A stretch of DNA of 64,000 bases, from the IMG/VR virus record IMGVR_UViG_3300014204_000165, positions 1-64,000 of that record. One strand, written 5' to 3'. Position 1 is the first letter of the stretch; every line of letters begins with the position of its first letter. This DNA comes from a virus. Taxonomy: Duplodnaviria; Caudoviricetes. Of this stretch, positions 9,399-18,741 are shown piece after piece. The notes below the pieces were generated by a model, which was given only the letters and a program-made list of their open reading frames with translations, made no database searches and was not told the DNA's origin. The position numbers and the translations under genes are program-made.

Positions 9399-10001
9399 TT
9401 AGATAGACCTCCAGACCTTGACTAAATTTTTCGGCGACCAAATACCACTATCTCGAAACTCCTTTGGCTTTAATTCATGATTATAAGACACACAGCATGG
9501 AATTGCTACCATGCTCCTGACTTCTCCACGGATATGTTGCAAAGTGCTATGTAAATCAGCATGGGAATGTACAGCAACTATGACACACTTCTTAAAGCAA
9601 AGATCAAGATCTTCGACTTTATTTGGGTAGCATTTCAATCTTTCTACGTTTTGCTCCCAATAAGGTATCTTTTCTTGCTTGAGTTGTGGATCCACGCTTA
9701 TGCATTGCCACTTGGTTCGGAAGGCAAACAACGCAGCAGTCCTTGGTGTTCTGCCATCTCCCACTGAAACTAGGGTCACATTTGGGTCTGCTCGATCATA
9801 AAACTTGAGTTTACTTAGGACGGCATTTAGAGCCGAGGAACTCTCTGTGATCTCTTTGGCATTTGGGAATAACCCGAGTGCCAGCATGTCTCGGGCCGAC
9901 TTATCATATTTGATGAATTCATTAATATATCTATACTGTCCCTGATTATATGAACAAAGTACGTTATTTAATGCTTCAGATAACCCTTTACTTTCAGACA
10001 T
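9399..10001 (-). CDS. class I SAM-dependent methyltransferase-like protein
   Basis: Rossmann-like LVSVGDG.TPRTA, CISVDP, VAVHSH, AIPCC. Confidence 0.55.
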   Translation of the reverse strand: MSESKGLSEALNNVLCSYNQGQYRYINEFIKYDKSARDMLALGLFPNAKEITESSSALNAVLSKLKFYDRADPNVTLVSVGDGRTPRTAALFAFRTKWQCISVDPQLKQEKIPYWEQNVERLKCYPNKVEDLDLCFKKCVIVAVHSHADLHSTLQHIRGEVRSMVAIPCCVSYNHELKPKEFRDSGIWSPKNLVKVWRSI

Positions 10002-10022
10002 AATTACAAGTAATACTTCTCA

Positions 10023-10856
10023 CTATTTATAACTTTGCTTTAATTGTTTCCATTCTTCTTTAGTGTAATAGGATTTACCATTATAAATTTCATCTATGAT
10101 TCTATGAATAATTTCTTGCCAACGTTCTTTATTATAACCCGTTTTACCATGACAACTCAAACAAAGAGCCGCGAAACGCGCTACTAAATCATTATCACAA
10201 CATACTTGTTTATTATAATCTACGTGATGACAAGAAAGATTCCAAACTTTGCCATTTTTATCAATATTTTCACTTTGAGGTTTTCCACATAAAACGCACT
10301 CATAATCAAAAAATGCTCTTATTCGTTCTTGTAATTTACTATTCCATTTTTCACAATATGGTAATTTAGAAACACCGCCTTGCCAACGACCGTTTCTACA
10401 TCCACTATTATCATAATGATTTTCGGACATTTTCTTCCGAACTTCTGGACGTTTAGAAGAGTGATTTTCTCCAGCTCGTTTTCGTGATTGTTCGATACTA
10501 AGACAACCACAACTTTTTGTATTGCCGGAAATTAAACTATACCTCAATACAAATACAATATTCCCACAATCACACAGGCATTTCCATAAGATACCATATT
10601 TTTCAGAACGTTTCATTTCTTTTACAACAAGACGTCCAAAACGCATATTTAATATATTCTTTATACGCGAACATCCACAACTTTTTGAATATCCTCCAAC
10701 TAAAGAACCTCCAACAATAACTTTTTCTTTACCACAATCGCATTTACATAACCAACAATGTTGTTTATGCTTATTTTTCCCTGCAAATGCAACTACTAAT
10801 AATTTACCATATTTTAATCCTATCAGGTTTTTAGTTTTTAGTGACATATAAATCAA
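10023..10856 (-). CDS. HNH homing endonuclease with repeated W-x-C-x-C-D-C-G domains
   Basis: Two GxKyGRLxV...WLCKCDCG units; C-terminal CVLCG...LSCHHVDYNK...LCLSCH. Confidence 0.85.
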   Translation of the reverse strand: MIYMSLKTKNLIGLKYGKLLVVAFAGKNKHKQHCWLCKCDCGKEKVIVGGSLVGGYSKSCGCSRIKNILNMRFGRLVVKEMKRSEKYGILWKCLCDCGNIVFVLRYSLISGNTKSCGCLSIEQSRKRAGENHSSKRPEVRKKMSENHYDNSGCRNGRWQGGVSKLPYCEKWNSKLQERIRAFFDYECVLCGKPQSENIDKNGKVWNLSCHHVDYNKQVCCDNDLVARFAALCLSCHGKTGYNKERWQEIIHRIIDEIYNGKSYYTKEEWKQLKQSYK

Positions 10857-10935
10857 CCATTGTATAATAGTATTTAATTTAAAATTTAATTATATATTAA
10901 AAAATTAGTATTTTTATTATAATTTAACTTTTGTT

Positions 10936-11652
10936 TTACTCATTATTTATTTTCCAAGGCAATCCTTTCCTGAACTTCTTAATATCAACATTCCAAATCT
11001 CTTTATCACCAAGGTATCGTCCAATTGTTTCTGGACTTCTTCTTAAAAACTTGGTCAAGAAATCTACTTCTCCTTTTCTTTCCACCCTCCATACAGCACC
11101 TTCAACTTGTTCGAGCCCACCATGATAACCCAAGTCTCCTAACTTAAGCATGGCTTCTTCTATCGAGCAGGGACCGCCTTGATGAAGTAGGTAAGGCATA
11201 ACAAAGTCCTTTGGTAATCTTTCCACAAACTTATCATATGGTAGTCTGTAATCACCTTTCATGATGTCAAAGACAATGTAAGGACTGATTATCTTGTATT
11301 TGGTGCCATGCGCTTGGATTAACCATTCACCACATAATCTTTCACCATCTTTTAGGAAGTCGAATTTTTCGTAGTGCTGCATGACCCATTGATGAAAGAT
11401 TCGGTGCTGAAGGTGAGGAGAATCTTCGCAGAAGTGGCCATTTCTACCAATAGGAATAAGATGATCATATTTCCTTAGGATAGCACACATTGAACCATCT
11501 GGCTTTTCTTGAACGATTATTTTGTCATGGTTGTCCCTGGGTTTCTTAGTAGCAATGTTATGCTGGCCAATGGAAACAAATTTGTCCCCGTTTGCTTGGC
11601 TACCAATTAGGTGTGGTATGCTACCATAGGCTTTACGCGGGTCTGGTTTCAA
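10936..11652 (-). CDS. RNA ligase-family nucleotidyltransferase (complete)
   Basis: Motif I QEKPDGS, III CGEWL, IIIa VFDI, IV EGAVWR, V LTKF. Confidence 0.75.
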   Translation of the reverse strand: MKPDPRKAYGSIPHLIGSQANGDKFVSIGQHNIATKKPRDNHDKIIVQEKPDGSMCAILRKYDHLIPIGRNGHFCEDSPHLQHRIFHQWVMQHYEKFDFLKDGERLCGEWLIQAHGTKYKIISPYIVFDIMKGDYRLPYDKFVERLPKDFVMPYLLHQGGPCSIEEAMLKLGDLGYHGGLEQVEGAVWRVERKGEVDFLTKFLRRSPETIGRYLGDKEIWNVDIKKFRKGLPWKINNE

Positions 11653-11894
11653 GAAGATCTCTCCATAATAAAACTATTCAACATGACACTATATAGGAAA
11701 AATATTGGATATAATGCATTGCTTATGTGGAATTCTGTTACAAGAAGGTCTGCTAAAACTAAGCCTAACGTAATTGCAAGAAATGTACAGCCAAATAGTA
11801 GGAGTAACTCTTTTAGTATTCCTAAAAAGATGTAAATCATGTTACCTCTTTTTACATAACTTAATATTATATTTGTTAAACACATCTTCGCCAA
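11649..11894 (-). CDS. small membrane protein
   Basis: Hydrophobic ORF; the true start is probably the internal MIYIF. Confidence 0.45.
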   Translation of the reverse strand: MAKMCLTNIILSYVKRGNMIYIFLGILKELLLLFGCTFLAITLGLVLADLLVTEFHISNALYPIFFLYSVMLNSFIMERSS

Positions 11895-12486
11895 TGAAAT
11901 ATGATAACATTAATATAAGTACGATTACAATTATGACTACGATATAAGCAATTGCATATTGAATCAATCCTGGTAATACACTGAATAACCATGCTCCACC
12001 AAATCCAATACATCCTATTAGTCCAAAATATGCTACTAGAAACAACGCTAATACAAATATTCCTGTTATGCATTTTCCGAGCAGGCATGCTGCTTTTATT
12101 GATAGGTATTTAATTTTCATTTTGTTCCTCACAACTGCTAATAAACTGTAACCGAGAATGTCCTGAAAGGCATTTTCTTGGCCCTGATTTCCATGGGATA
12201 TTCTAAATAATTTATCTATGATCCTTACGATAACCAGAGCATCCTTTATTTGGTCAAAGGAAATTCCATTTGGATATAAAACTTTCATTATTTTATCAGC
12301 GTTTCCGAATGAATTTCCATATTCTTTTTGCTTTTGGGTTACTAATTGTGCTATTTCTTGAGCTGCTTGTTCGTATTGGTTGCTGGATTTGTCCTGGCAA
12401 TTTTCAACCATGCAATCTTCACATAAGATTTGTGAATGTCCCTGCTTGGAACATCCAGTGACCTTTCCATTGAGTAGGTGTAACAT
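11842..12486 (-). CDS. nucleotide modification associated domain (Nmad1/DUF1599-like) in frame with a C-terminal membrane segment
   Basis: KQKEYGNSF...VRIIDKLFRI...ENAFQDILGYSLL pattern, followed by 3 hydrophobic helices. Confidence 0.65.
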   Translation of the reverse strand: MLHLLNGKVTGCSKQGHSQILCEDCMVENCQDKSSNQYEQAAQEIAQLVTQKQKEYGNSFGNADKIMKVLYPNGISFDQIKDALVIVRIIDKLFRISHGNQGQENAFQDILGYSLLAVVRNKMKIKYLSIKAACLLGKCITGIFVLALFLVAYFGLIGCIGFGGAWLFSVLPGLIQYAIAYIVVIIVIVLILMLSYFIGEDVFNKYNIKLCKKR

Positions 12487-12487
12487 T

Positions 12488-12790
12488 TTACCTCTTTACC
12501 TTAAAGTATTTTCCTTCTGGTAAGCACTTATCCTTATAACCTAGTAACTTATCTAGCCAAGATATCCAAGATACTGGACTGCGCTCTGACTCACAATTCC
12601 GTAAGGTCTTATAAACCCAACTTATCGTCCCGTAAATTGGATCACATTGTTTGCTGGCTGTTCGGGTACATTTATGATCAACAGTTTCACCGTGAGATGC
12701 ATAATAATGTTCACAAAGTGTACACCGTCTTTTACTGCAATCTTTTAAAGTACCCATCCAAGTCCCCCAATTACAAGTGCAATTATCCAT
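12488..12790 (-). CDS. Cys-rich hypothetical protein
   Basis: Multiple Cys including CTLCEH. Confidence 0.5.
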   Translation of the reverse strand: MDNCTCNWGTWMGTLKDCSKRRCTLCEHYYASHGETVDHKCTRTASKQCDPIYGTISWVYKTLRNCESERSPVSWISWLDKLLGYKDKCLPEGKYFKVKR

Positions 12791-12929
12791 AATATTATTG
12801 ATATGTATATTAAAACACCAGATATAATACTACCTTTATCAGGACCGACTGCAAGTAATATTAATCCAGAAAGTGATAGAATTCCCAATGCTATCAGGAA
12901 ACCATAAGATAAGGCTATTAAATCTTGTA

Positions 12930-13283
12930 TCATACTTTCACCCACTTATTACCAATCTTGATTTCTTTATAACTTGTCTCCTTATTTACTCCTGCAAGAA
13001 ATTCCTCATAACTTGAATAGGTAAATTCTGGTTGCCATGTTCCATTTGGGACCGTACCCCAATAAATATCCACTTGCTGGTAGTCAACTAATAACCAGAC
13101 ATGATCTTGGCGGGGGCTATATAAATAAGTTACGGTGTGGCCCTTGTCTTCATAAAAACTCCCCAAACTTTGCACTGAGTCGTAACAAGATCCTAACTGA
13201 CCATAGGGAAATTGAACGCCAAGATAATCCTCGGCACTCACTTGGGAAACAAATAGCAAGATAAGTATAAGTAGGAATTTCAT
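12930..13283 (-). CDS. secreted protein, possible transglutaminase/papain-like fold
   Basis: Signal peptide MKFLLILILLFVSQVSA; C(YD)...HVWLLV...D(IYW) order fits a Cys-His-Asp triad. Confidence 0.45.
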   Translation of the reverse strand: MKFLLILILLFVSQVSAEDYLGVQFPYGQLGSCYDSVQSLGSFYEDKGHTVTYLYSPRQDHVWLLVDYQQVDIYWGTVPNGTWQPEFTYSSYEEFLAGVNKETSYKEIKIGNKWVKV

Positions 13284-13324
13284 TATAGATAGTTATGTCC
13301 TGATTGTATAAATACCTTTTGGTC

Positions 13325-13620
13325 TGGAAGTATATTAATTACTATAAATTTATACAATTATTTTTATTATTTTTCTACTTATTGATTTTAACTAAAATTA
13401 TTAGTATTTATTATTATTATTTATACCTTTTATATATAGTAAAAAGTAAGTAAGTAATAGTACAGTATATAATAAATAGTTATTAGTAGACTAATTTATA
13501 GATAAAATATATACTAGATATAGTAAAAGTAGTAAATTGAATTAGAAATAAAAAAGTACGCTATACTACTATAAGTAGGAATTATTTTGAAGGTAGGTCA
13601 ATCAGGTCTACTAATAATGA
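13325..13620. other. extremely AT-rich intergenic region at a divergent strand switch (candidate origin or control region)
   Basis: About 300 bp nearly devoid of G/C, T-rich on the left and A-rich on the right, with many TAGTA/AAGTA units. Confidence 0.4.
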
Positions 13621-13712
13621 TTTTAATGAATTTGGTATATAGTAAGGTACCCTATTATTCTTTAGGCAAAACATTTAAATACTATCAACTCCAATTAATC
13701 CTTATGCCTAAC

Positions 13713-13922
13713 ATGATTAAGGTTTGGCCGTGGCTATCAGCACCACGAAAATATAAGAAACTTAGTAAGAGTGGATATGAAGACTGGCTAGCTTATGTCC
13801 CTGCAGAATACTATGAAGAAGTCTATCTGTCCAGATGGCTACCTGCTCTGGATAGTTGCGAGGATCCACAAGAATTTCGATTGCCAAATGGTGATTATGT
13901 CTTTATTGGAGGGCATGCTTAG
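13713..13922 (+). CDS. small phage hypothetical protein
   Basis: MIKVWPWLSAP...EDWLAYVP...VFIGGHA; the upstream extension in the ORF track is probably spurious. Confidence 0.6.
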   Translation: MIKVWPWLSAPRKYKKLSKSGYEDWLAYVPAEYYEEVYLSRWLPALDSCEDPQEFRLPNGDYVFIGGHA

Positions 13923-14027
13923 ACCAAAATGTTTATATACTAGTTCGTCTTTGTAGTAAGTGCACCCAACCATGAGGAAGAAGGGCTAAAAATCTTGGTT
14001 CTTTTTCTTCATAATAGTTATTAGGAG

Positions 14028-14489
14028 ATGATCCCTTTGTTAAACCTAATTGATATTATTTCCAAGAAACCCGTTGATGATATGTCTTGCCAGGATCTGT
14101 ACAAATCCAAGCAGGTAATTGAGTCTGAAATTGCCAAAAGGAAGGCAGTCAAAACCAAACAAATTAATCAAGAATACAAAGACATCAAGACAATGATCAC
14201 AAATAAGTATGATAGATTTGCTTCAGAATTAGGCACTACAATCCCACATAATGAAGAAGATATCTTATGTAATATGAATTGCGTATCACCTATTGATATC
14301 TCTACATATCTGGATGATGGTTATCAAATCAGCAATAGTTATGAGTATGCACAACACAGGACTATTATGGAAATTATTAGAATGTTAACAAGAAATAACA
14401 TACCGACTGGTACATTTCTATACTTTATGAGAGAAAATGAACTTAACCAAGTGGAAATGAACAGAAGTAACAAGATAAGTAGGCTTTAG
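14028..14489 (+). CDS. hypothetical protein
   Basis: SD AGGAG before ATG; ends at CTT-TAG, in frame with the next ORF. Confidence 0.6.
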   Translation: MIPLLNLIDIISKKPVDDMSCQDLYKSKQVIESEIAKRKAVKTKQINQEYKDIKTMITNKYDRFASELGTTIPHNEEDILCNMNCVSPIDISTYLDDGYQISNSYEYAQHRTIMEIIRMLTRNNIPTGTFLYFMRENELNQVEMNRSNKISRL

Positions 14490-14492
14490 GAG

Positions 14493-14735
14493 TTGTTTGC
14501 ATTGTGGACTATTAAATTAGAAGCAATTAAACCAATTAATGTAAATCTTACACTAACAAATGTAGAAATTTATCAATGTATTTCTGCGCTTAATAATTAC
14601 GCCTTAGACGAACGCATACTTGGAAATAATGAACAAGCAAGGAAAATTATAAAAATAGCCATGAATTTAGAAGATCAAATAAAAGGATATCCTGTTAAGG
14701 TGAACAATGACATCCTGGACCTCAATAAAAGATAG
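14493..14735 (+). CDS. hypothetical protein
   Basis: 80-aa ORF; start uncertain. Confidence 0.4.
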   Translation: MFALWTIKLEAIKPINVNLTLTNVEIYQCISALNNYALDERILGNNEQARKIIKIAMNLEDQIKGYPVKVNNDILDLNKR

Positions 14736-14931
14736 TTTACCACCTGATAGGACCCTAGTATTCATCTACGGGATTTTTCACGGTTATTATGGTGACAGTC
14801 CGCACAAATCCATAGGAACCTATTGTTCAGAAGGCGACGTTTGGCAAGACTTGCTTGATCCGTTTCCTGCAAGTAGAGATACCGAAGTAAGGTTTTGGGC
14901 TCCGTTTGAGTGGCCAGAGAATCCAGAATAA
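14707..14931 (+). CDS. small phage protein (DUF551-like W..(I/V)KDxLP...V..W pattern)
   Basis: WTSIKDSLPPDRTLVF...VRFWAP. Confidence 0.55.
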   Translation: MTSWTSIKDSLPPDRTLVFIYGIFHGYYGDSPHKSIGTYCSEGDVWQDLLDPFPASRDTEVRFWAPFEWPENPE

Positions 14932-15150
14932 GAGGTGTTGAATATAACAAGTATCAATTATTTTAATGATTATATTAAAGCACTTGTTATATTTGTTTTG
15001 GTATTATTAGCGTATAGTTTATATGCAATACTTAATACATTGAATAATGATATAATTTATATAATAATATGGCTTTTGTTATTACTAAGTTTTGCTAATC
15101 TAACCAACAGTATTTCCAATTATTTTAAATACAATAGGAGGTAATTATAT

Positions 15151-15393
15151 ATGAATAATGGCCCATTGAAAAGTTATAGTTTTCCATATAATAATTTAAA
15201 GAACCAGCCAAATTTCGTTTGGCCAGAAGGTCTTGAACTAACAGTAGATTGTAGAAATTGTAATGGTGAATGGAAAATAAAATTTTATACCCACAATAAC
15301 GACCCTTGTATTACAATTGAACCAGTGCAACACGTTGAGGATATGAAAGTGGACTTAGAATGTGGAGTTATAAGTGAAAGTGCGACGGTATAA
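15151..15393 (+). CDS. hypothetical protein with CxxC
   Basis: SD AGGAGGT upstream; CRNC. Confidence 0.55.
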   Translation: MNNGPLKSYSFPYNNLKNQPNFVWPEGLELTVDCRNCNGEWKIKFYTHNNDPCITIEPVQHVEDMKVDLECGVISESATV

Positions 15394-15567
15394 TATGAGT
15401 CACAATTATACACTTGTATATGGCCATTATGTTAAGGATCACAAACCTGTTGTGGATGATGAGATTATTGTATTAAGAGATGCTTTACCAGAAGGATATT
15501 GGACAATACTTGATTTTCTACACCTAGGAGGTCTCCTAAGAATATGGAACTTATGGAGTCATGATGA

Positions 15568-15933
15568 ATGAAGATGCTCTCTGTTCACCTAATTGAACTT
15601 GCTCACAAACTGTCACTACGCAGCGACATGCGGCACAAGATCGGGGCAGTTATCTTCAATAATAAGGGACATACCATCTCGGTCGGTTACAATAAGTGGC
15701 TGGCAATTGGTCAACCTCACATAAATGGTAGTCATAACAAATTTTCAATACACGCCGAAGTAGATGCCTTAACAGGATGCTCCCGAAAGGAACTCTGGGG
15801 TGCCTCACTCCTGGTTATTCGAAGTACCTGGGGTCTTGCTAAACCATGTTCGGCTTGTCAGGCCATAATCTTGAATAGTGGGATAAAGAATGTGTACTTT
15901 TCTAATGGAAAGAATAAAATAGAAAAATTATAA
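15568..15933 (+). CDS. CMP/dCMP deaminase-family zinc-dependent deaminase
   Basis: HKIGAVI, HAEVDAL, PCSAC, GIKNVYFS. Confidence 0.88.
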   Translation: MKMLSVHLIELAHKLSLRSDMRHKIGAVIFNNKGHTISVGYNKWLAIGQPHINGSHNKFSIHAEVDALTGCSRKELWGASLLVIRSTWGLAKPCSACQAIILNSGIKNVYFSNGKNKIEKL

Positions 15934-15982
15934 AAATTTCCTTTCTATAAACTTTTCAGAAAGGACATTCTGATATAAATTA

Positions 15983-16303
15983 TCACCTACAAGTATCAAC
16001 TTTCCAATATCTATACAATTCCCAGAATATTCCGGATTCCTGACAGCCGCCTTTTTTGGATCTTTCCGTTAGACAATCAAGAAATTCCCCTGTTTCTGTG
16101 TAAGTTGTTCCTACTACCAGATTTGTTGTTGATACTGTTTTCCTGAGTCTAGTACATAAGTGGTGTGTTTTATTACTATCACTATACGCCTGAAAATGCG
16201 ATGGTGTAACATGAAGGTAATAATCGCAGTCTTTACATAACCGTGATTGTTCTTTTTTTTTCTGTAGTGAATCTATTTCTAGTGTCTTTTTAAATGGCCA
16301 CAT
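15983..16303 (-). CDS. Cys-rich hypothetical protein
   Basis: CKDCDY...HLC...C..ER...C...G.FWE. Confidence 0.55.
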   Translation of the reverse strand: MWPFKKTLEIDSLQKKKEQSRLCKDCDYYLHVTPSHFQAYSDSNKTHHLCTRLRKTVSTTNLVVGTTYTETGEFLDCLTERSKKGGCQESGIFWELYRYWKVDTCR

Positions 16304-16306
16304 ATA

Positions 16307-16603
16307 TTACTCCTGTAAAGTTATTATTATCTTTTCTTTCTTCTGGAAATAACCTTTTCGAAGGCTTTCCAATGTTACTTTACCACCAGTTGGTTTTGCG
16401 TTTTGCCAGCCAGCTTGGTAGGTGTAACCATCGAATTTGTTTTCATCCCACCATCTATAATACTCGTCTTTGTCATCTTGTACACAATATGTTTCATAAT
16501 ATTCGAAGAATGAAAATAATTCTTCTAACTTGTCCGTGACGGTTTCGGCGTCGTGGCTGAGTTTCGCTAGGATCTCTAGGACCTGTTCATCTGACTCAAT
16601 CAT
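16307..16603 (-). CDS. hypothetical protein
   Basis: Tightly packed ORF in the minus-strand operon. Confidence 0.55.
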   Translation of the reverse strand: MIESDEQVLEILAKLSHDAETVTDKLEELFSFFEYYETYCVQDDKDEYYRWWDENKFDGYTYQAGWQNAKPTGGKVTLESLRKGYFQKKEKIIITLQE

Positions 16604-16604
16604 G

Positions 16605-16889
16605 CTACTCGTGCCTCCTAGCAGGCCCCAGACGAAAGCTAGGAAAATATTTTTTTATGGTTAAGATACAACCAATTTTATCTTTGTTAAAGAGCAAATT
16701 AAACATTGTGTTATCCAACTCCTTTCTTATTTCACTTTCTGGTAAATCTTTTCGGGAATATCCCGCGGTTACACAATATAGTTTGGCAAATTTTCTTAAT
16801 GACTGTTCCTTGTGGCTACTAGCCAACATAAAGGTACCCAGTGCTTCTTTTGTATGATCAGGGAGCATGCTGGCACTCCCTATAGCCAA
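16605..16889 (-). CDS. hypothetical protein
   Basis: Packed ORF; start probably at MLPDH. Confidence 0.5.
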   Translation of the reverse strand: MAIGSASMLPDHTKEALGTFMLASSHKEQSLRKFAKLYCVTAGYSRKDLPESEIRKELDNTMFNLLFNKDKIGCILTIKKYFPSFRLGPARRHE

Positions 16890-17127
16890 AATCGAAGAAA
16901 GGCACTAACATTTTGATATCAATGTCTTCCCAACAGAACTTGTCCGGTAATTTTATCCTTTCGGCGAATAGGTCTAGTGTTTTGTCGCTAGATTTACACC
17001 CACTTAATGCCTGATGTGCACCTAGCGTAAAGTTAAGTGCAGAAAATCGCCTTATCCTGATTGGTCCTTGAGCATGACTAAACTCGATAAGTCTTTGCAT
17101 GCTGTCTTCTAGGTCTCTAGTTAACAT
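16858..17127 (-). CDS. hypothetical protein
   Basis: SD AGGAGGA, downstream of a promoter at about 17160. Confidence 0.55.
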   Translation of the reverse strand: MLTRDLEDSMQRLIEFSHAQGPIRIRRFSALNFTLGAHQALSGCKSSDKTLDLFAERIKLPDKFCWEDIDIKMLVPFFDFGYRECQHAP

Positions 17128-17176
17128 TATATCCTCCTATAAAGTGAATCAGTCTTTGTATTTAAATAGTTTTTGG

Positions 17177-18086
17177 TTAGTCGCAAATCATGACATGAAT
17201 TGTATTAGTGTCTCGTAATTTTCCTAGGTAGAAACACTTTTGATGAATAATAGTTCGATTATCGTCCGATAATATAGCGAACATTGCTAGGAGCAGGACC
17301 CGACTTCTATTTAATATTGTATAGAATAAATTTAATTGATCTTGTGTTAGCGAAATATAACATTCATCATGATCAAAGTTATCCTCTTGTAGATTGAAAC
17401 ATTCTATAGAGGTTACGTCATGTTCGAATACTATTTTCATGCATGCTCCTACAAGCGACTTCTACAATCGAAACTAAATCATATGATTCAGTGGTTGGTA
17501 TCGTGAAAACAAGGCCATTCCGTGGTGCAAATCCGTCAACAGTACAATTATAATACATTGTATCTCGGTGATTATTATCAAGCCTGAATCTTAGTGAATA
17601 TGGAAACGGACATCGACTTATTATGTCATGGCATAAATCATAATTTTCCTTATCCAAGATTACTTGACCTTGGCTATAGGAATATCGTGCAAAGTTAGTG
17701 CAAGCAATCTCATGGATGTCGTGATCAAAGAGGATGTACATTTAATCAGTCCTGTATACATTTATTCTTGTCGTGCCCCACTCAGTATAACTTCTTGGTT
17801 CATTATTGCTACGAACACCAATAACTGGAGATACTTCAAAATAAACATTCCTCAGGAATCTATCTATTCTTGTTACCACACAGTACTTTATCTCTTTATT
17901 ATCATCAACCAACATGAATTTATTTGGTTCTTGTTCGTTACGCACAAATTTTCTAAAGTTTATTCTAGTGAAGTTTAGTATTCCACCAGGTGGTCTTGGA
18001 TCAAAACTATGATGATAACATCCATCTAATAGTTCGATAAGATTACAAGGAATTTCTTGGATATTATGCTCAAAGATAAGTTTCAT
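17177..18086 (-). CDS. three tandem paralogous small proteins (17177-17440, 17418-17741, 17742-18086)
   Basis: Shared N-termini MKIVFEHDVTSIEC / MYILFDHDIHEIAC / MKLIFEHNIQEIPC. Confidence 0.7.
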
Positions 18087-18741
18087 ATAGCACCTACTGC
18101 GTGGCATGCCTGGAATTCCTCAATTGAGCCAAATTGATATAACTCGTCTCTATATTCATCTGGTGATATGGGGCCAGTTAGTAATTTATCCAAGAGATAC
18201 TGTAAATATGGATATGCACCAGATACTATCAAATAAGTCTCTCCCAAAGCAAATGGTAGTATCTTTTCTATTTTTAAGAATGTCCAACCAAGTGCATGCG
18301 GGCTAGGGGTCGAATATGTTATTAGGCCGTCACGAATGTTAACAGACTTCGCGATGTATGTTTTTCTTGGGTCCTGAATATCTAGGATGCCTTGGGAATT
18401 TAATGTAATTCTTTTCATTAAATTTCACCTCGCGCATGACAATGGGCAAATTCGTCCTTGGACTCGAATTGATAAAGGTGTCCGATATAACTATCTTGAT
18501 TACGTTGGCAAAATTTTAGACCAGCTTCGCATGAATATTGTAAGTATGGTTCATCAAATAGTAACCAAGATGTTTGTCCAAGTATTTCAAGTATTTTAAA
18601 TCCGTGAATATTTGGTCCATTGTTCATATTAATCCAATAATTTGTACTATTACTATGGATTATATATATTTTAAATATAAAGCATTTTGTTGGATTAATT
18701 ATATTAAAGGTACCATCTGGGTTCAAGGTTAGTTCTTTCAT
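18083..18741 (-). CDS. two tandem LNPDG-family paralogs (18083-18418, 18418-18741)
   Basis: MKRITLNSQGILDIQDPRKTY / MKELTLNPDGTFNIINPTK; YLQY and YQFxSxxEF motifs. Confidence 0.75.
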
